Assembly: GCA_039810525.1 (NCBI GenBank)
Contig: JBDHXE010000002.1
Coordinates: forward strand, 1-47,612
Length of the DNA stretch: 47,612 nt
Reading direction: 5' to 3'
Origin: Chlorobiota bacterium
GTDB lineage: Bacteria; Bacteroidota; Ignavibacteria; Kapaibacteriales; UBA2268
In this document: positions 38,170-47,612 of the stretch, in pieces
Numbering within the stretch: the stretch's first letter is position 1
Layout of the letters: every line of letters starts with the position of its first letter
Translations under genes and position numbers: made by a program
The notes under the pieces: generated by a model
What the model was told of the DNA's origin: nothing
Databases searched by the model: none
Seen by the model: the letters and a program-made list of their open reading frames with translations, nothing else

Positions 38170-41100
38170 ATGTTAGATTATATTATTAAATTTAGTATCA
38201 GAAACAAAATCATCATAGTATTGATGACTATTGTTTTAGTGATATGGGGGGTATGGAGTGCAACTAAGTTACCAATTGATGCTGTGCCAGATATTACAAA
38301 TAATCAAGTCCAGATTATAACTGTATGCCCAAGATTAGCTGGTCAGGAAGTAGAGCAATTAGTTACTTTCCCAATAGAGCAGTCAATTGCTAATATACCA
38401 GCTATAGAAGAAGTCCGGAGTATTTCGCGCTTTGGGCTTTCTGTAATTACTGTAGTGTTCAAAGATAATGTAGATATTTACTTCGCTCGCCAATTAGTAC
38501 ATCAGCAGCTAAAAGATGCTGAAGAAAACATACCCAAAGGTATTGGTAGTCCAAAATTAGCTCCTGTTAGTACTGGCTTAGGAGAGATTTATCAGTATAT
38601 ACTTCACCCCAAAAAGGGTAGTGAGAATAAATACAATGCTATTGAGCTTCGTACTATGCAGGATTGGATAGTAGCTAGGCAGCTTTATGGTACAGAAGGT
38701 GTAGCCGAAGTCAATAGTTTTGGTGGAGAACTTAAGCAATACGAAGTTGCTATCAATCCTAATCGACTCAAAGCGATGGATATTAGTATAAGCGATATTT
38801 TTAATGCGTTAGAAAAAAATAATGAAAATACAGGTGGGGCATATATAGACAAGAAGCCAAATTCATATTTTATAAGAGGCATCGGATTGGCACACTCTAT
38901 TGAAGATATTAAAAACATTGCCGTAAAGAACAATTTAGGCACTATCCCAATCTTCATTAAAGATGTAGCTGATGTCCGAATATCGAGTGCTATAAGATAT
39001 GGTGCACTTACTTATAATGGAGAGCGAGAGGCAGTGGGCGGTATAGTAATGATGCTAAAAGGTGCTAACAGCAATCAAGTAGTAAATAGAATCAAACAAA
39101 AACTACCTATAATCCAAAAATCCCTCCCAGATGATATTATTATTGAACCTTTCTTAGATAGAACTGATTTAGTAGATAGAGCTATACATACAGTAGAAAA
39201 AAACTTAATAGAAGGAGCATTAATTGTAATATTTGTATTAGTAATATTTCTGGGTAATTTTAGAGCTGGTCTAATTGTAGCATCAGCAATACCTTTGTCG
39301 TTGTTGTTTGCCTTAGGAATGATGAACGTATTTGATGTAAGTGCTAATTTGATGAGTCTTGGAGCTATCGATTTTGGTCTTATTGTAGATGGTGCAGTAA
39401 TAATAGTAGAGGCTACATTGCACCATATAGGACTCAATAAATCGAACAAAAGATTAACTCAAAATGAAATGGATCACGAAGTATTTCTTTCTGCTTCCAA
39501 AATCCGCAAAAGTGCTGCATTTGGTGAAATTATAATTTTAATAGTATATATACCTATATTGACATTACAAGGTATCGAAGGCAAAATGTTTGCACCTATG
39601 GCTCAAACTGTAGGCTTTGCTATACTTGGTGCATTAATACTTTCATTGACATATATCCCGATGATGAGTGCACTTTTTTTATCTAAAAAAATATCCGACA
39701 AAGAGAGCTTCTCTGATAAGTTAATTAAGATAACTCAAAGAATATACAACCCTCTATTATATAAAGCAATGCGTTTGAAATATTGGGTAGTAAGCGCTAC
39801 TGTGATTATATTTGCAATTAGCATAGTTTTTTTTCAAAATATGGGTAGCGAATTTATTCCTCAATTAGAAGAAGGAGATTATGCCTTTCATTGTATATTG
39901 CCACAAGGTAGTTCGCTTAGCCAAAGTATCGAAACATCTATGCAAGCTATGAGAATCATTAAAGAATTTGATGAGGTCAAGATGGTAGTGGGTAAAACTG
40001 GATCTGCTGAGGTACCCACCGATCCTATGCCTCCAGAAGCTACGGATATGATAATAATATTGAAGCCACAAAATGAATGGAAGAATAAAATATCATTTAG
40101 GCAATTAGGGGAGCAAATTTTAGCTAAATTAGAAGTAATACCCGGCGTATTTTTTGAATATAATCAACCTATACAGATGCGATTTAATGAGTTGATGACT
40201 GGGGTTAGGCAAGATGTAGCTGTCAAAATATTTGGTGAAAATTTAGATACTTTAGTCAATTATGCCGATCAAGTAAACAAAATAATACAAAATACCAAAG
40301 GCGCTACCGCTCCTCAAGTAGAGCAAGTCTCTGGATTGCCACAGATTAATGTCGAATATGATAGAACGAGGCTAGCTAATTATGGCCTAAATGTAGAAGA
40401 TATTAATAATATATTAAGTACTGCTTTTGCGGGAAAAACAACGGGGCAAATATATGAAAACGAAAGACGTTTCGACTTGGTAGTTCGATTAGACACTAAT
40501 TATAGAAAGAGCATCAATGATGTCAACAACCTATTGGTGCCCACCAATACAGGTGTACAAGTGCCACTATCGCAAGTAGCTAATATCAAAATAAAATTAG
40601 GCCCAGCTCAAATAAGTAGAGAAGAAGGCAAACGAAGAATCGTCATTGGGTTTAATGTATCTGGTAGAGATATTAAGAGTGTAGTTAGCGATATTCAAAA
40701 TCAATTAGACAAGAAGATTAAATTACCTATTGGCTATTATTTTGCTTATGGTGGGCAATTTGAAAACTTAGAAGAAGCAAGTAATCGCTTAATGATTACT
40801 GTGCCAATAGCTTTGTTTTTAATATATTTATTACTATATTTTACATTTCACTCTTTCAAACAAGCTACATTGATATTTACGGCTATCCCTATGAGTGCCA
40901 TTGGAGGTATATTTGCTCTTATCATCAGAGATATGCCATTTAGTATAAGTGCTGGTGTAGGATTTATAGCTTTGTTTGGGGTATCTGTATTAAATGGAAT
41001 TGTGCTAATAGGTACTTATAATCAGCTTATTAAAGAGAAAATGGAAATGTATGGTAGCGATTTTGTACTGAATATTCAAGAAATTATTAACATAGTAGCC

Positions 41101-42552
41101 GAAGGGTCTAATATTAGATTGAGACCTGTATTGATGACTGCTACTGTGGCTTCTTTAGGGTTTTTGCCTATGGCAATTAGCACAAGTGCTGGTGCTGAAG
41201 TCCAAAAGCCATTAGCTACGGTTGTAATTGGTGGGCTAATATCTGCAACTTTTCTAACTTTATTTGTATTACCTCAGCTTTACATTATTTTTCATTCAAA
41301 ATTTAACAAAAAGGTTATCTACACTGCTGCCTCTATTCTATTACTTATAATATCAACTTCACTAACTGCTCATAGTAAAATAATAAATAACGCAGACGAA
41401 GCTATAGAAATAGCTCTAAAAAATAATTCTACTATATTGGCTAAAAATTTAGAAATTCAATCCAAGCAAAGCCTTAGAAATACTATCATCGAATTACCAA
41501 AATTAGAGTTTAATGCTCAGTTTGGCAATTTCAATAGCAATCAATTTGATAATGCCTTTGAATTAAAACAAACGATTCCTTTCTTTACTATTTTTGGAGC
41601 TAAATCTGATTTAATAAATGCCGAGATCAAAGAGAAACAGCTACAGACTGAACTTACAATTATTGAATTGAAGAATAAAATCAGAACTTATTATTATCAA
41701 ATCCAATACTTAAAAAACAATGAATATCAATTAAATTATTTAGATAGTCTATATAATGAATTTATTAATATAGCTAAATTAAGATACCAATCAGGAGATA
41801 CCAAAAAAGTAGATATAAGCACTGCTGAAACCAAAAGAGGCGACATTAATCTCATATTGAAGCAGAACAAAGTTTATCTTGATAATGCTAATCAAATTCT
41901 AAAATCATTACTTAATATCAATGACGAAATCGAATTGCCAGATAATTTAATTTTCCAGCCTTTACAGGTAAGTACTTTATTCGATAGTAGTATGATAGCT
42001 AATCATATTTCGATAAAATTGTTGTATCAAAATGCTCGAATTGCCGAAGAGAGCAAAAATGTAGAAAGAGCAGCTAATATACCAGATCTAACTATTGCTT
42101 ATGGCAATCAATCAATTATTGGTAATTATATTGAGAATAATGTAGAAAAGTTCTATGATGCAAGTAAGAGATTTAGCTATTTTAATATTGGAATATCTCT
42201 TCCTATTACCTTAAATGCTACAAGTGCAAGATTACAATCTTTAGAATATATCAAACAAGCAGCTGAAGCAAATGCATATCAGCAGGAGAAAGAATTATCT
42301 GCCCAATTCAAGAATGAATTGCTACAATACGAACATTATTTGCAACAATTTCGTTACTATCAGCAAACTGCTTTACCTAATGCTAATGAGATAGCAAGTA
42401 CAGCTTTGGCTCAATATAAAACTGGTGATATTAGTTATATAGAGTATCTATATTCGTTACAAACAATTACAGAGATTCACTTGAACTACCTTAAAAGCAT
42501 TCAGCAGATTAATCAGTCTGTAATCAATATATATTCATTCATCAATCAATAA
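38170..42552 (+). CDS. czcA: CzcA/CusA heavy-metal RND efflux pump fused to a C-terminal TolC-like outer membrane domain
   Basis: PIDAVPDITNNQVQ, NLMSLGAIDFG, RLRPVLMTA and AGAEVQKPLATVVIGGL, then roughly 400 extra aa with OEP-like helices (AIEIALKNN, RYQSG, QYKTGDISYIEYL). Confidence 0.93.
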   Translation: MLDYIIKFSIRNKIIIVLMTIVLVIWGVWSATKLPIDAVPDITNNQVQIITVCPRLAGQEVEQLVTFPIEQSIANIPAIEEVRSISRFGLSVITVVFKDNVDIYFARQLVHQQLKDAEENIPKGIGSPKLAPVSTGLGEIYQYILHPKKGSENKYNAIELRTMQDWIVARQLYGTEGVAEVNSFGGELKQYEVAINPNRLKAMDISISDIFNALEKNNENTGGAYIDKKPNSYFIRGIGLAHSIEDIKNIAVKNNLGTIPIFIKDVADVRISSAIRYGALTYNGEREAVGGIVMMLKGANSNQVVNRIKQKLPIIQKSLPDDIIIEPFLDRTDLVDRAIHTVEKNLIEGALIVIFVLVIFLGNFRAGLIVASAIPLSLLFALGMMNVFDVSANLMSLGAIDFGLIVDGAVIIVEATLHHIGLNKSNKRLTQNEMDHEVFLSASKIRKSAAFGEIIILIVYIPILTLQGIEGKMFAPMAQTVGFAILGALILSLTYIPMMSALFLSKKISDKESFSDKLIKITQRIYNPLLYKAMRLKYWVVSATVIIFAISIVFFQNMGSEFIPQLEEGDYAFHCILPQGSSLSQSIETSMQAMRIIKEFDEVKMVVGKTGSAEVPTDPMPPEATDMIIILKPQNEWKNKISFRQLGEQILAKLEVIPGVFFEYNQPIQMRFNELMTGVRQDVAVKIFGENLDTLVNYADQVNKIIQNTKGATAPQVEQVSGLPQINVEYDRTRLANYGLNVEDINNILSTAFAGKTTGQIYENERRFDLVVRLDTNYRKSINDVNNLLVPTNTGVQVPLSQVANIKIKLGPAQISREEGKRRIVIGFNVSGRDIKSVVSDIQNQLDKKIKLPIGYYFAYGGQFENLEEASNRLMITVPIALFLIYLLLYFTFHSFKQATLIFTAIPMSAIGGIFALIIRDMPFSISAGVGFIALFGVSVLNGIVLIGTYNQLIKEKMEMYGSDFVLNIQEIINIVAEGSNIRLRPVLMTATVASLGFLPMAISTSAGAEVQKPLATVVIGGLISATFLTLFVLPQLYIIFHSKFNKKVIYTAASILLLIISTSLTAHSKIINNADEAIEIALKNNSTILAKNLEIQSKQSLRNTIIELPKLEFNAQFGNFNSNQFDNAFELKQTIPFFTIFGAKSDLINAEIKEKQLQTELTIIELKNKIRTYYYQIQYLKNNEYQLNYLDSLYNEFINIAKLRYQSGDTKKVDISTAETKRGDINLILKQNKVYLDNANQILKSLLNINDEIELPDNLIFQPLQVSTLFDSSMIANHISIKLLYQNARIAEESKNVERAANIPDLTIAYGNQSIIGNYIENNVEKFYDASKRFSYFNIGISLPITLNATSARLQSLEYIKQAAEANAYQQEKELSAQFKNELLQYEHYLQQFRYYQQTALPNANEIASTALAQYKTGDISYIEYLYSLQTITEIHLNYLKSIQQINQSVINIYSFINQ

Positions 42553-42562
42553 AAAATATAAT

Positions 42563-43777
42563 ATGAAAACATATAAATTAAGTAAACTTTTCAGATTCAC
42601 TATATTGATATCAGCTCTATTCATATATAGCTGCACCGAAAAATCAAATCAAAATGAAACAATTAGTTCTGATTTAGAACCTAAAGATCATAATCATCAT
42701 ATATCTGAAACAATAATAGCACTTAACCAAGCGCAATTGAAGGCTGTAAATATTGAGTTTGGTAATATTGAGAACAAGGAATTAAATGCTACTATAAGAG
42801 CTAATGGTATTTTGACAGTACCCAACAATTACAAAGGGAATGTTACCTCAATATATGGCGGAGTAGTTAAGACTCTCAATATTACCGAAGGCGATAAAGT
42901 GAGCAAAGGTCAGGTAATTGCAACTTTAGCAAATCCTCAATTCATACAATTACAAGAAGAATACCTTGCAGTAAATAGCAAAATTCAATATGCAGAGCAA
43001 GAGCATAATCGCCAAAAAGAGCTCAACGAAGGCAATGCTGGCTCATTGAAAAATTTACAAATTGCTAATTCAGAACTTCAGGCGTTAATATCTCGCAGGG
43101 CGGCTCTAAAAAGCCAGTTCCAATTAATGGGGATAGACCCTAATTCTATTAGTGCCTCTAAAATACTAACGACATTTGCAGTAGTAAGCCCTATCAATGG
43201 TGTAATTAGTAATTTGATTGCTAAAATAGGCAGCTATGTAGAATCATCTATTCCAATAGCCGAAATTGTAGATAATGGCTCATTGCATTTGGACCTACAT
43301 ATATTTGAAAAAGATTTGCCTATGCTAAAAACTGGACAGATTATTCATTTTACACTAACTAACAATCCTATAAGAGAGTATGATGCCGAAATATATAGTA
43401 TAGGCACTACATTTGAGAATGAAAGCAAGACAATTACGGTACATGCCCATATTGTAGGCAACAAAGAAGGGTTAATCGATGGTATGAATATTACCGGGGT
43501 AGTAAGCCTCGACAAAGCTACCAGTCCGACTGTGCCTGACAATGCAATAGTAGAATCTGCAGGCAAATATTATATATTTATAGTAAAAAATACTAAAACA
43601 GAGCACAATCAATTACACACATATTTTGAAAGAATTGAAGTTATAAAAGGTGTTTCTGATATGGGTTATACAGCTATTACTCCTATAACAGATATACCTG
43701 CTAATACAAAAATTGCTTCGAAGAATGCTTTCTTCATTAATGCAAGACTTACTAATTCAGGTGAACACGAACATTAA
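42563..43777 (+). CDS. czcB: Efflux RND periplasmic adaptor (CzcB/CusB-like lipoprotein)
   Basis: IYS|C lipobox, His-rich N-terminus, GDKVSKGQ biotinyl-like motif, SPINGVI and C-terminal GEHEH. Confidence 0.88.
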   Translation: MKTYKLSKLFRFTILISALFIYSCTEKSNQNETISSDLEPKDHNHHISETIIALNQAQLKAVNIEFGNIENKELNATIRANGILTVPNNYKGNVTSIYGGVVKTLNITEGDKVSKGQVIATLANPQFIQLQEEYLAVNSKIQYAEQEHNRQKELNEGNAGSLKNLQIANSELQALISRRAALKSQFQLMGIDPNSISASKILTTFAVVSPINGVISNLIAKIGSYVESSIPIAEIVDNGSLHLDLHIFEKDLPMLKTGQIIHFTLTNNPIREYDAEIYSIGTTFENESKTITVHAHIVGNKEGLIDGMNITGVVSLDKATSPTVPDNAIVESAGKYYIFIVKNTKTEHNQLHTYFERIEVIKGVSDMGYTAITPITDIPANTKIASKNAFFINARLTNSGEHEH

Positions 43778-43797
43778 ATTTATAACTATATATTGAA

Positions 43798-45849
43798 ATG
43801 GAACACATTCATAAATATGATTCGGAAGGTAGGCAATTATGCTGCACTCAAGAAGAGAAGATTTATAAGCAGGCTGGCGCTAAAATCTTAATTGGAGGGT
43901 TTAGAAAATATAGAATTGGCGAGCATAATCATTCGCATAATCATACTCACGAATTTGGAGATACTCATACTCATTCTAAGGTAGGCAATAATTTACAAAT
44001 GTTTCTATATCCTACTATTTCATTAGTTGGTTTAATTATAGCTATTGCTTTAGACAATTATCTTTCATCTATTTGGCTCAATAGCTGGTATAGACCCCTA
44101 TTGTATCTTCTCTCATATATACCTGTGGGACTGCCTGTAATCAAAGAGTCTTATCAAAGTATTTTGAAAGGCGAAATATTCTCCGAATTCTTATTGATGA
44201 CTATTGCTACTATCGGTGCATTTGCTATATTCGAATACCCCGAAGCTGTAGCGGTAATGCTATTCTATGCTGTTGGTGAGAGTTTGCAAACATTAGCGAT
44301 AAGAAAAGCTAAAAATAATATACAGACTCTTATAGATCAGCGCCCCGACAAGATTAATATTATTGAGAATAATCACATAATAAGCAAAAATGCTGTAGAT
44401 GCTCAAATTGGAGAAATTATTCAACTCAAATCTGGTGAAAAATTAGCTTTAGATGGCATATTAGTTACTGAAACAGCATCGTTTGATACTTCTTCGCTTA
44501 CTGGTGAAAGCCTTCCTATGAAAAAAGTAAGAGGGGATACTATCTTAGCTGGTATGATCAATTTAAATTCATTGTCGCAAGTAAAAATTACTACTGAATA
44601 TCAAAATAGTAAATTAAGCCAAATTATAGAATTAATAGAAAATGCTACTACTCACAAGGCTCCGACAGAACTCTTTATCCGCAAATTTGCTAAATATTAT
44701 ACCCCAATCGTAGTAGTATTAGCAATATTTATTACCTTGGCACCTTTTTTTGTAGTAAACCATTATGTTTTTAGTGATTGGCTGTATAGAGCATTAATAT
44801 TTTTGGTAATTGCTTGCCCGTGTGCATTAGTAATATCAATTCCATTAGGCTATTTTGGAGGTATAGGGGCGGCAAGCAAAAATGGTATTTTGTTCAAAGG
44901 GAGTAATTTCTTAGATGTTATTACTAATATTCAAAATATAGTATTTGATAAAACAGGCACTCTGACTAAGGGTAAGTTAAGTATTCAAGATATTATATTT
45001 GACGATAGTTATAATCATAAAGAAATTTTGGATATGATAAATGCAGTAGAAACTGTTAGCACCCACCATATTGCTACTGCTATTCATAGCTATGTGGGCG
45101 ATATCAACCCTCATATTAATATAGAGAGTAATCAAGAATTACCCGGATATGGGTTGAGAGCTATAATTGATAAAAAAGAGCTATTAGTAGGCAATTTCAA
45201 ATTGTTGGAATTGTATGGGATTGAGCACGGGCAAAACAAAATTGACCTCGATAATACTATAGTAGCAGTAGCTTACAACCGCCAATATGTAGGCTATTTA
45301 ACTATAGCTGATAGTATCAAAGAAGATGCTGCGGCCACAATTGAAACATTAAATCTGCTAAATATTAATACTATGCTACTGAGTGGTGATAAAAACTCTA
45401 TTGTAAGTGTAGTTGCTGCTAAATTGGGTATCAAATCTGCTTATGGTGAGCTTTTGCCAGATGATAAATACAATAAAATATTACAAATCCAGCAGAACGG
45501 TCAGAGCGTAGCTTTTGTAGGTGATGGTATTAATGATGCACCAGTAATTGCTCTTAGTAATGTTGGAATAGCTATGGGTGGATTAGGCAGTGATACTACT
45601 ATACAAGTAGCTGATGTAGTAATACAAGATGATAAGCCAAGCAAAATAATTATAGCCATCAATATAGCAAAAGCTACCAAAATAGTAGTGTGGCAAAATA
45701 TTATTATGGCATTTGCAGTAAAACTAATAGTGCTAATATTAGGAGCAGGTGGTATTGCTACTATGTGGGAAGCAGTATTTGCAGATGTAGGAGTTGCCCT
45801 ATTAGCAATTGTGAATGCTGTAAGAATACAAAAGATGAATTTTGAATGA
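43798..45849 (+). CDS. cadA: Heavy-metal translocating P1B-type ATPase (Zn/Cd, CadA/ZntA-like)
   Basis: His-rich N-terminus with CC, TGES, CPC, DKTGT, GDGINDAP and AVFADVG. Confidence 0.92.
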   Translation: MEHIHKYDSEGRQLCCTQEEKIYKQAGAKILIGGFRKYRIGEHNHSHNHTHEFGDTHTHSKVGNNLQMFLYPTISLVGLIIAIALDNYLSSIWLNSWYRPLLYLLSYIPVGLPVIKESYQSILKGEIFSEFLLMTIATIGAFAIFEYPEAVAVMLFYAVGESLQTLAIRKAKNNIQTLIDQRPDKINIIENNHIISKNAVDAQIGEIIQLKSGEKLALDGILVTETASFDTSSLTGESLPMKKVRGDTILAGMINLNSLSQVKITTEYQNSKLSQIIELIENATTHKAPTELFIRKFAKYYTPIVVVLAIFITLAPFFVVNHYVFSDWLYRALIFLVIACPCALVISIPLGYFGGIGAASKNGILFKGSNFLDVITNIQNIVFDKTGTLTKGKLSIQDIIFDDSYNHKEILDMINAVETVSTHHIATAIHSYVGDINPHINIESNQELPGYGLRAIIDKKELLVGNFKLLELYGIEHGQNKIDLDNTIVAVAYNRQYVGYLTIADSIKEDAAATIETLNLLNINTMLLSGDKNSIVSVVAAKLGIKSAYGELLPDDKYNKILQIQQNGQSVAFVGDGINDAPVIALSNVGIAMGGLGSDTTIQVADVVIQDDKPSKIIIAINIAKATKIVVWQNIIMAFAVKLIVLILGAGGIATMWEAVFADVGVALLAIVNAVRIQKMNFE

Positions 45850-45917
45850 TAATTTATTATATTTGCCAATAATAATTATTATTAGATTAAATTATTTATT
45901 AATTTTAACTAAGCTAT

Positions 45918-46625
45918 ATGCCAATAAGTAGTATATCTAACAAACAGATCGAAGAATATGTAGCTATTATGGGAAAAGATATTAGAGATGGTATCTTCAA
46001 AATTATTCAAAATGATTATCCAACTTTTTCTTACGATAGTATCATAAGTATTGATGAGCTAAACAAATACAGAAGACTTTATCTTACCAAATTAGTAGAG
46101 CAAGAGAGAGGTGAAATTGCCCAAATAGATATTGACGTAATGTCAGCCATAAGAGATAATTCTATTCTTTCCGAAAATATTGAGCCCGAAATAGAAGCAA
46201 ATCTGACTGCTGGCCAAAAACTTGCAGATACCATAGCAGAGTTTGGCGGTAGCTGGCTATTTATCGTTGTTTTTTTCTTCTTTATTTTAATATGGATGAT
46301 TACCAATGTGTGGCTTACGTTTACAAAACCATTCGATCCTTATCCATTTATTCTTCTCAACCTTATACTATCTTGCTTAGCGGCTATACAAGCTCCTATA
46401 ATAATGATGAGCCAAAATCGAAAAGAAGAAAAGGACAGAATAAGAGGGGAGCATGACTACAAAATCAATCTAAAAGCAGAGCTTGAAATTAAACTGCTAA
46501 GTGAAAAAATCGACCATTTATTAGTCCACCAGAACAAAAAACTTTTAGAAATACAAGAAGTTCAAATTGATTATTTAGAGGACTTAATGAAAAAAATTGA
46601 CGAAAAAAAATCATACGATCAATAA
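45918..46625 (+). CDS. DUF1003 domain membrane protein
   Basis: ADTIAEFGGSW, FDPYPFILLNL, QAPIIMMSQNR and DYKINLKAELEI. Confidence 0.92.
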   Translation: MPISSISNKQIEEYVAIMGKDIRDGIFKIIQNDYPTFSYDSIISIDELNKYRRLYLTKLVEQERGEIAQIDIDVMSAIRDNSILSENIEPEIEANLTAGQKLADTIAEFGGSWLFIVVFFFFILIWMITNVWLTFTKPFDPYPFILLNLILSCLAAIQAPIIMMSQNRKEEKDRIRGEHDYKINLKAELEIKLLSEKIDHLLVHQNKKLLEIQEVQIDYLEDLMKKIDEKKSYDQ

Positions 46626-46665
46626 TATCAATCTATAAATAGAATATATCGCGATTATTTCGTAC

Positions 46666-47445
46666 CTACCATATTAAGCCAAATAGAGCATCTATTATTA
46701 ATATAGCAGCAGCTGATATAGTAAATGCTCGCACAGTACTTTGGCCAACACCTTCAGCACCACCGCTTGTATTAAATCCAACATGCACACCTATTAATGC
46801 AGTGATACCTCCAAATACAAAGGATTTAATCAATCCATTTAGCAATTCTTCTATTTTGAAGAATCTTTGTACAGAATCAAAAAAAACAGCAAAAGTAAAA
46901 CCAAATTTGATAGTAGTTAGGAAATAGCCACCAATTAAAGCAACTAAATTAGAGAATACAGCCAAAATAGGCATCATCATAAGAGTAGCTACTACACGTG
47001 GCATACCCAAATACCGATTTTTATCAATTGCCATCATTTCGAGTGCATCTACTTGTTCGGTAACTTGCATAGTGCCAATCTGAGCAGCCATAGAGGCACC
47101 TACTCTACCAGCTATTACTAATGCGGTCAATACTGGTGTAAGCTCTGTAAAAACAACAGTGGCTATAGAAGACCCCAAAAATGGTTTGGCTACACCTATT
47201 AAATTAAATTTATCGAATAAATTAGTAGCTTGTAGAGCGGCAATAGCACCAGTAAAAGAGCCTATCAATATAACTAATGGAAGCGAATCATTGCCTACTA
47301 TTTTCATCTGGTCTAATACAATATTCCTATCTTTGAATATTCGCGGTATATATGTCAGTATATTCTTCATCAAAATAGCTATTTCGCCTAACTCTCTGAA
47401 GAAGTTAATTACACCCCTCCCTATAATAATAAAAAAATTAATCAT
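46666..47445 (-). CDS. mlaE: MlaE-family ABC transporter permease
   Basis: ELTPVLTALVIAGRVGASMAAQIGTMQVTEQVDAL, PRV and GGAEGVGQST. Confidence 0.93.
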   Translation of the reverse strand: MINFFIIIGRGVINFFRELGEIAILMKNILTYIPRIFKDRNIVLDQMKIVGNDSLPLVILIGSFTGAIAALQATNLFDKFNLIGVAKPFLGSSIATVVFTELTPVLTALVIAGRVGASMAAQIGTMQVTEQVDALEMMAIDKNRYLGMPRVVATLMMMPILAVFSNLVALIGGYFLTTIKFGFTFAVFFDSVQRFFKIEELLNGLIKSFVFGGITALIGVHVGFNTSGGAEGVGQSTVRAFTISAAAILIIDALFGLIW

Positions 47446-47448
47446 TGC

Positions 47449-47612
47449 TTACAAATCTCTTTTTACTATGATTAATGTTCTATCATCATTATATAAAGTA
47501 TGCGAAGCAAAAGATTGTACTTCAGTAATTATTTTCATAGTGAGTTCTTTAGGTCCCATATCTTTGTTTTCTCTTATAAGGTCTATTAATCTTTGTTCTC
47601 CAAAGGCTTGTT
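47449..47612 (-). CDS. C-terminus of a PP2C/SpoIIE-family (RsbU-like) Ser/Thr phosphatase (partial)
   Basis: Manual translation QAFGEQRLIDLIRENKDMGPKELTMKIITEVQSFASHTLYNDDRTLIIVKRDL* shows the FGxxRL and DDxT motifs. Confidence 0.85.
   Translation of the reverse strand, partial: QAFGEQRLIDLIRENKDMGPKELTMKIITEVQSFASHTLYNDDRTLIIVKRDL

Noticed and set aside
2310-46306. Short ORFs overlapping real genes in the track, mostly antisense (e.g. 2310, 2653, 4630, 7317, 23078, 35926, 36442, 36949, 37568, 39075, 45501)
   Set aside because: They lie opposite or within well-supported genes, have no recognisable motifs and show shadow-ORF composition.

Overview
AT-rich, gene-dense bacterial chromosomal window. 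It is most likely from the Bacteroidota/FCB lineage, and a Kapabacteria/Ignavibacteria-like organism is my inference. The basis is a T9SS-type C-terminal sorting domain, recurrent TAnnTTTG promoter elements, Gln-first secreted proteins and a CzcA-TolC fusion. Content is mostly dispersed housekeeping and envelope genes: fbaB, fpr, pgsA-like, SSS and MFS transporters, acyl-CoA ligase, truA, tyrS, lone trpG/pabA, pyrF, lone nuoC, hslVU and mlaE. There is also a glycosyltransferase cluster, a czcA-czcB-cadA-DUF1003 heavy-metal cassette and a large Cys-rich T9SS-secreted protein with five putative isopeptide-bond domains. I see no rRNA, tRNA, CRISPR array, transposase, integrase or recognisable defence system, and I cannot support a clearly new multi-gene system. 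The best leads are: (1) related MITE/REP-like palindromic elements in two convergent intergenic regions; (2) the isopeptide/disulfide T9SS protein; (3) a perfect 71-bp duplication in TPR register inside a TPR gene; (4) two small ORFs missed by the ORF track; (5) three local lesions, namely a frameshifted OM protein, a displaced start on a histidine kinase and a motif deletion in a GT2. All family assignments are from motif recognition, not database searches.
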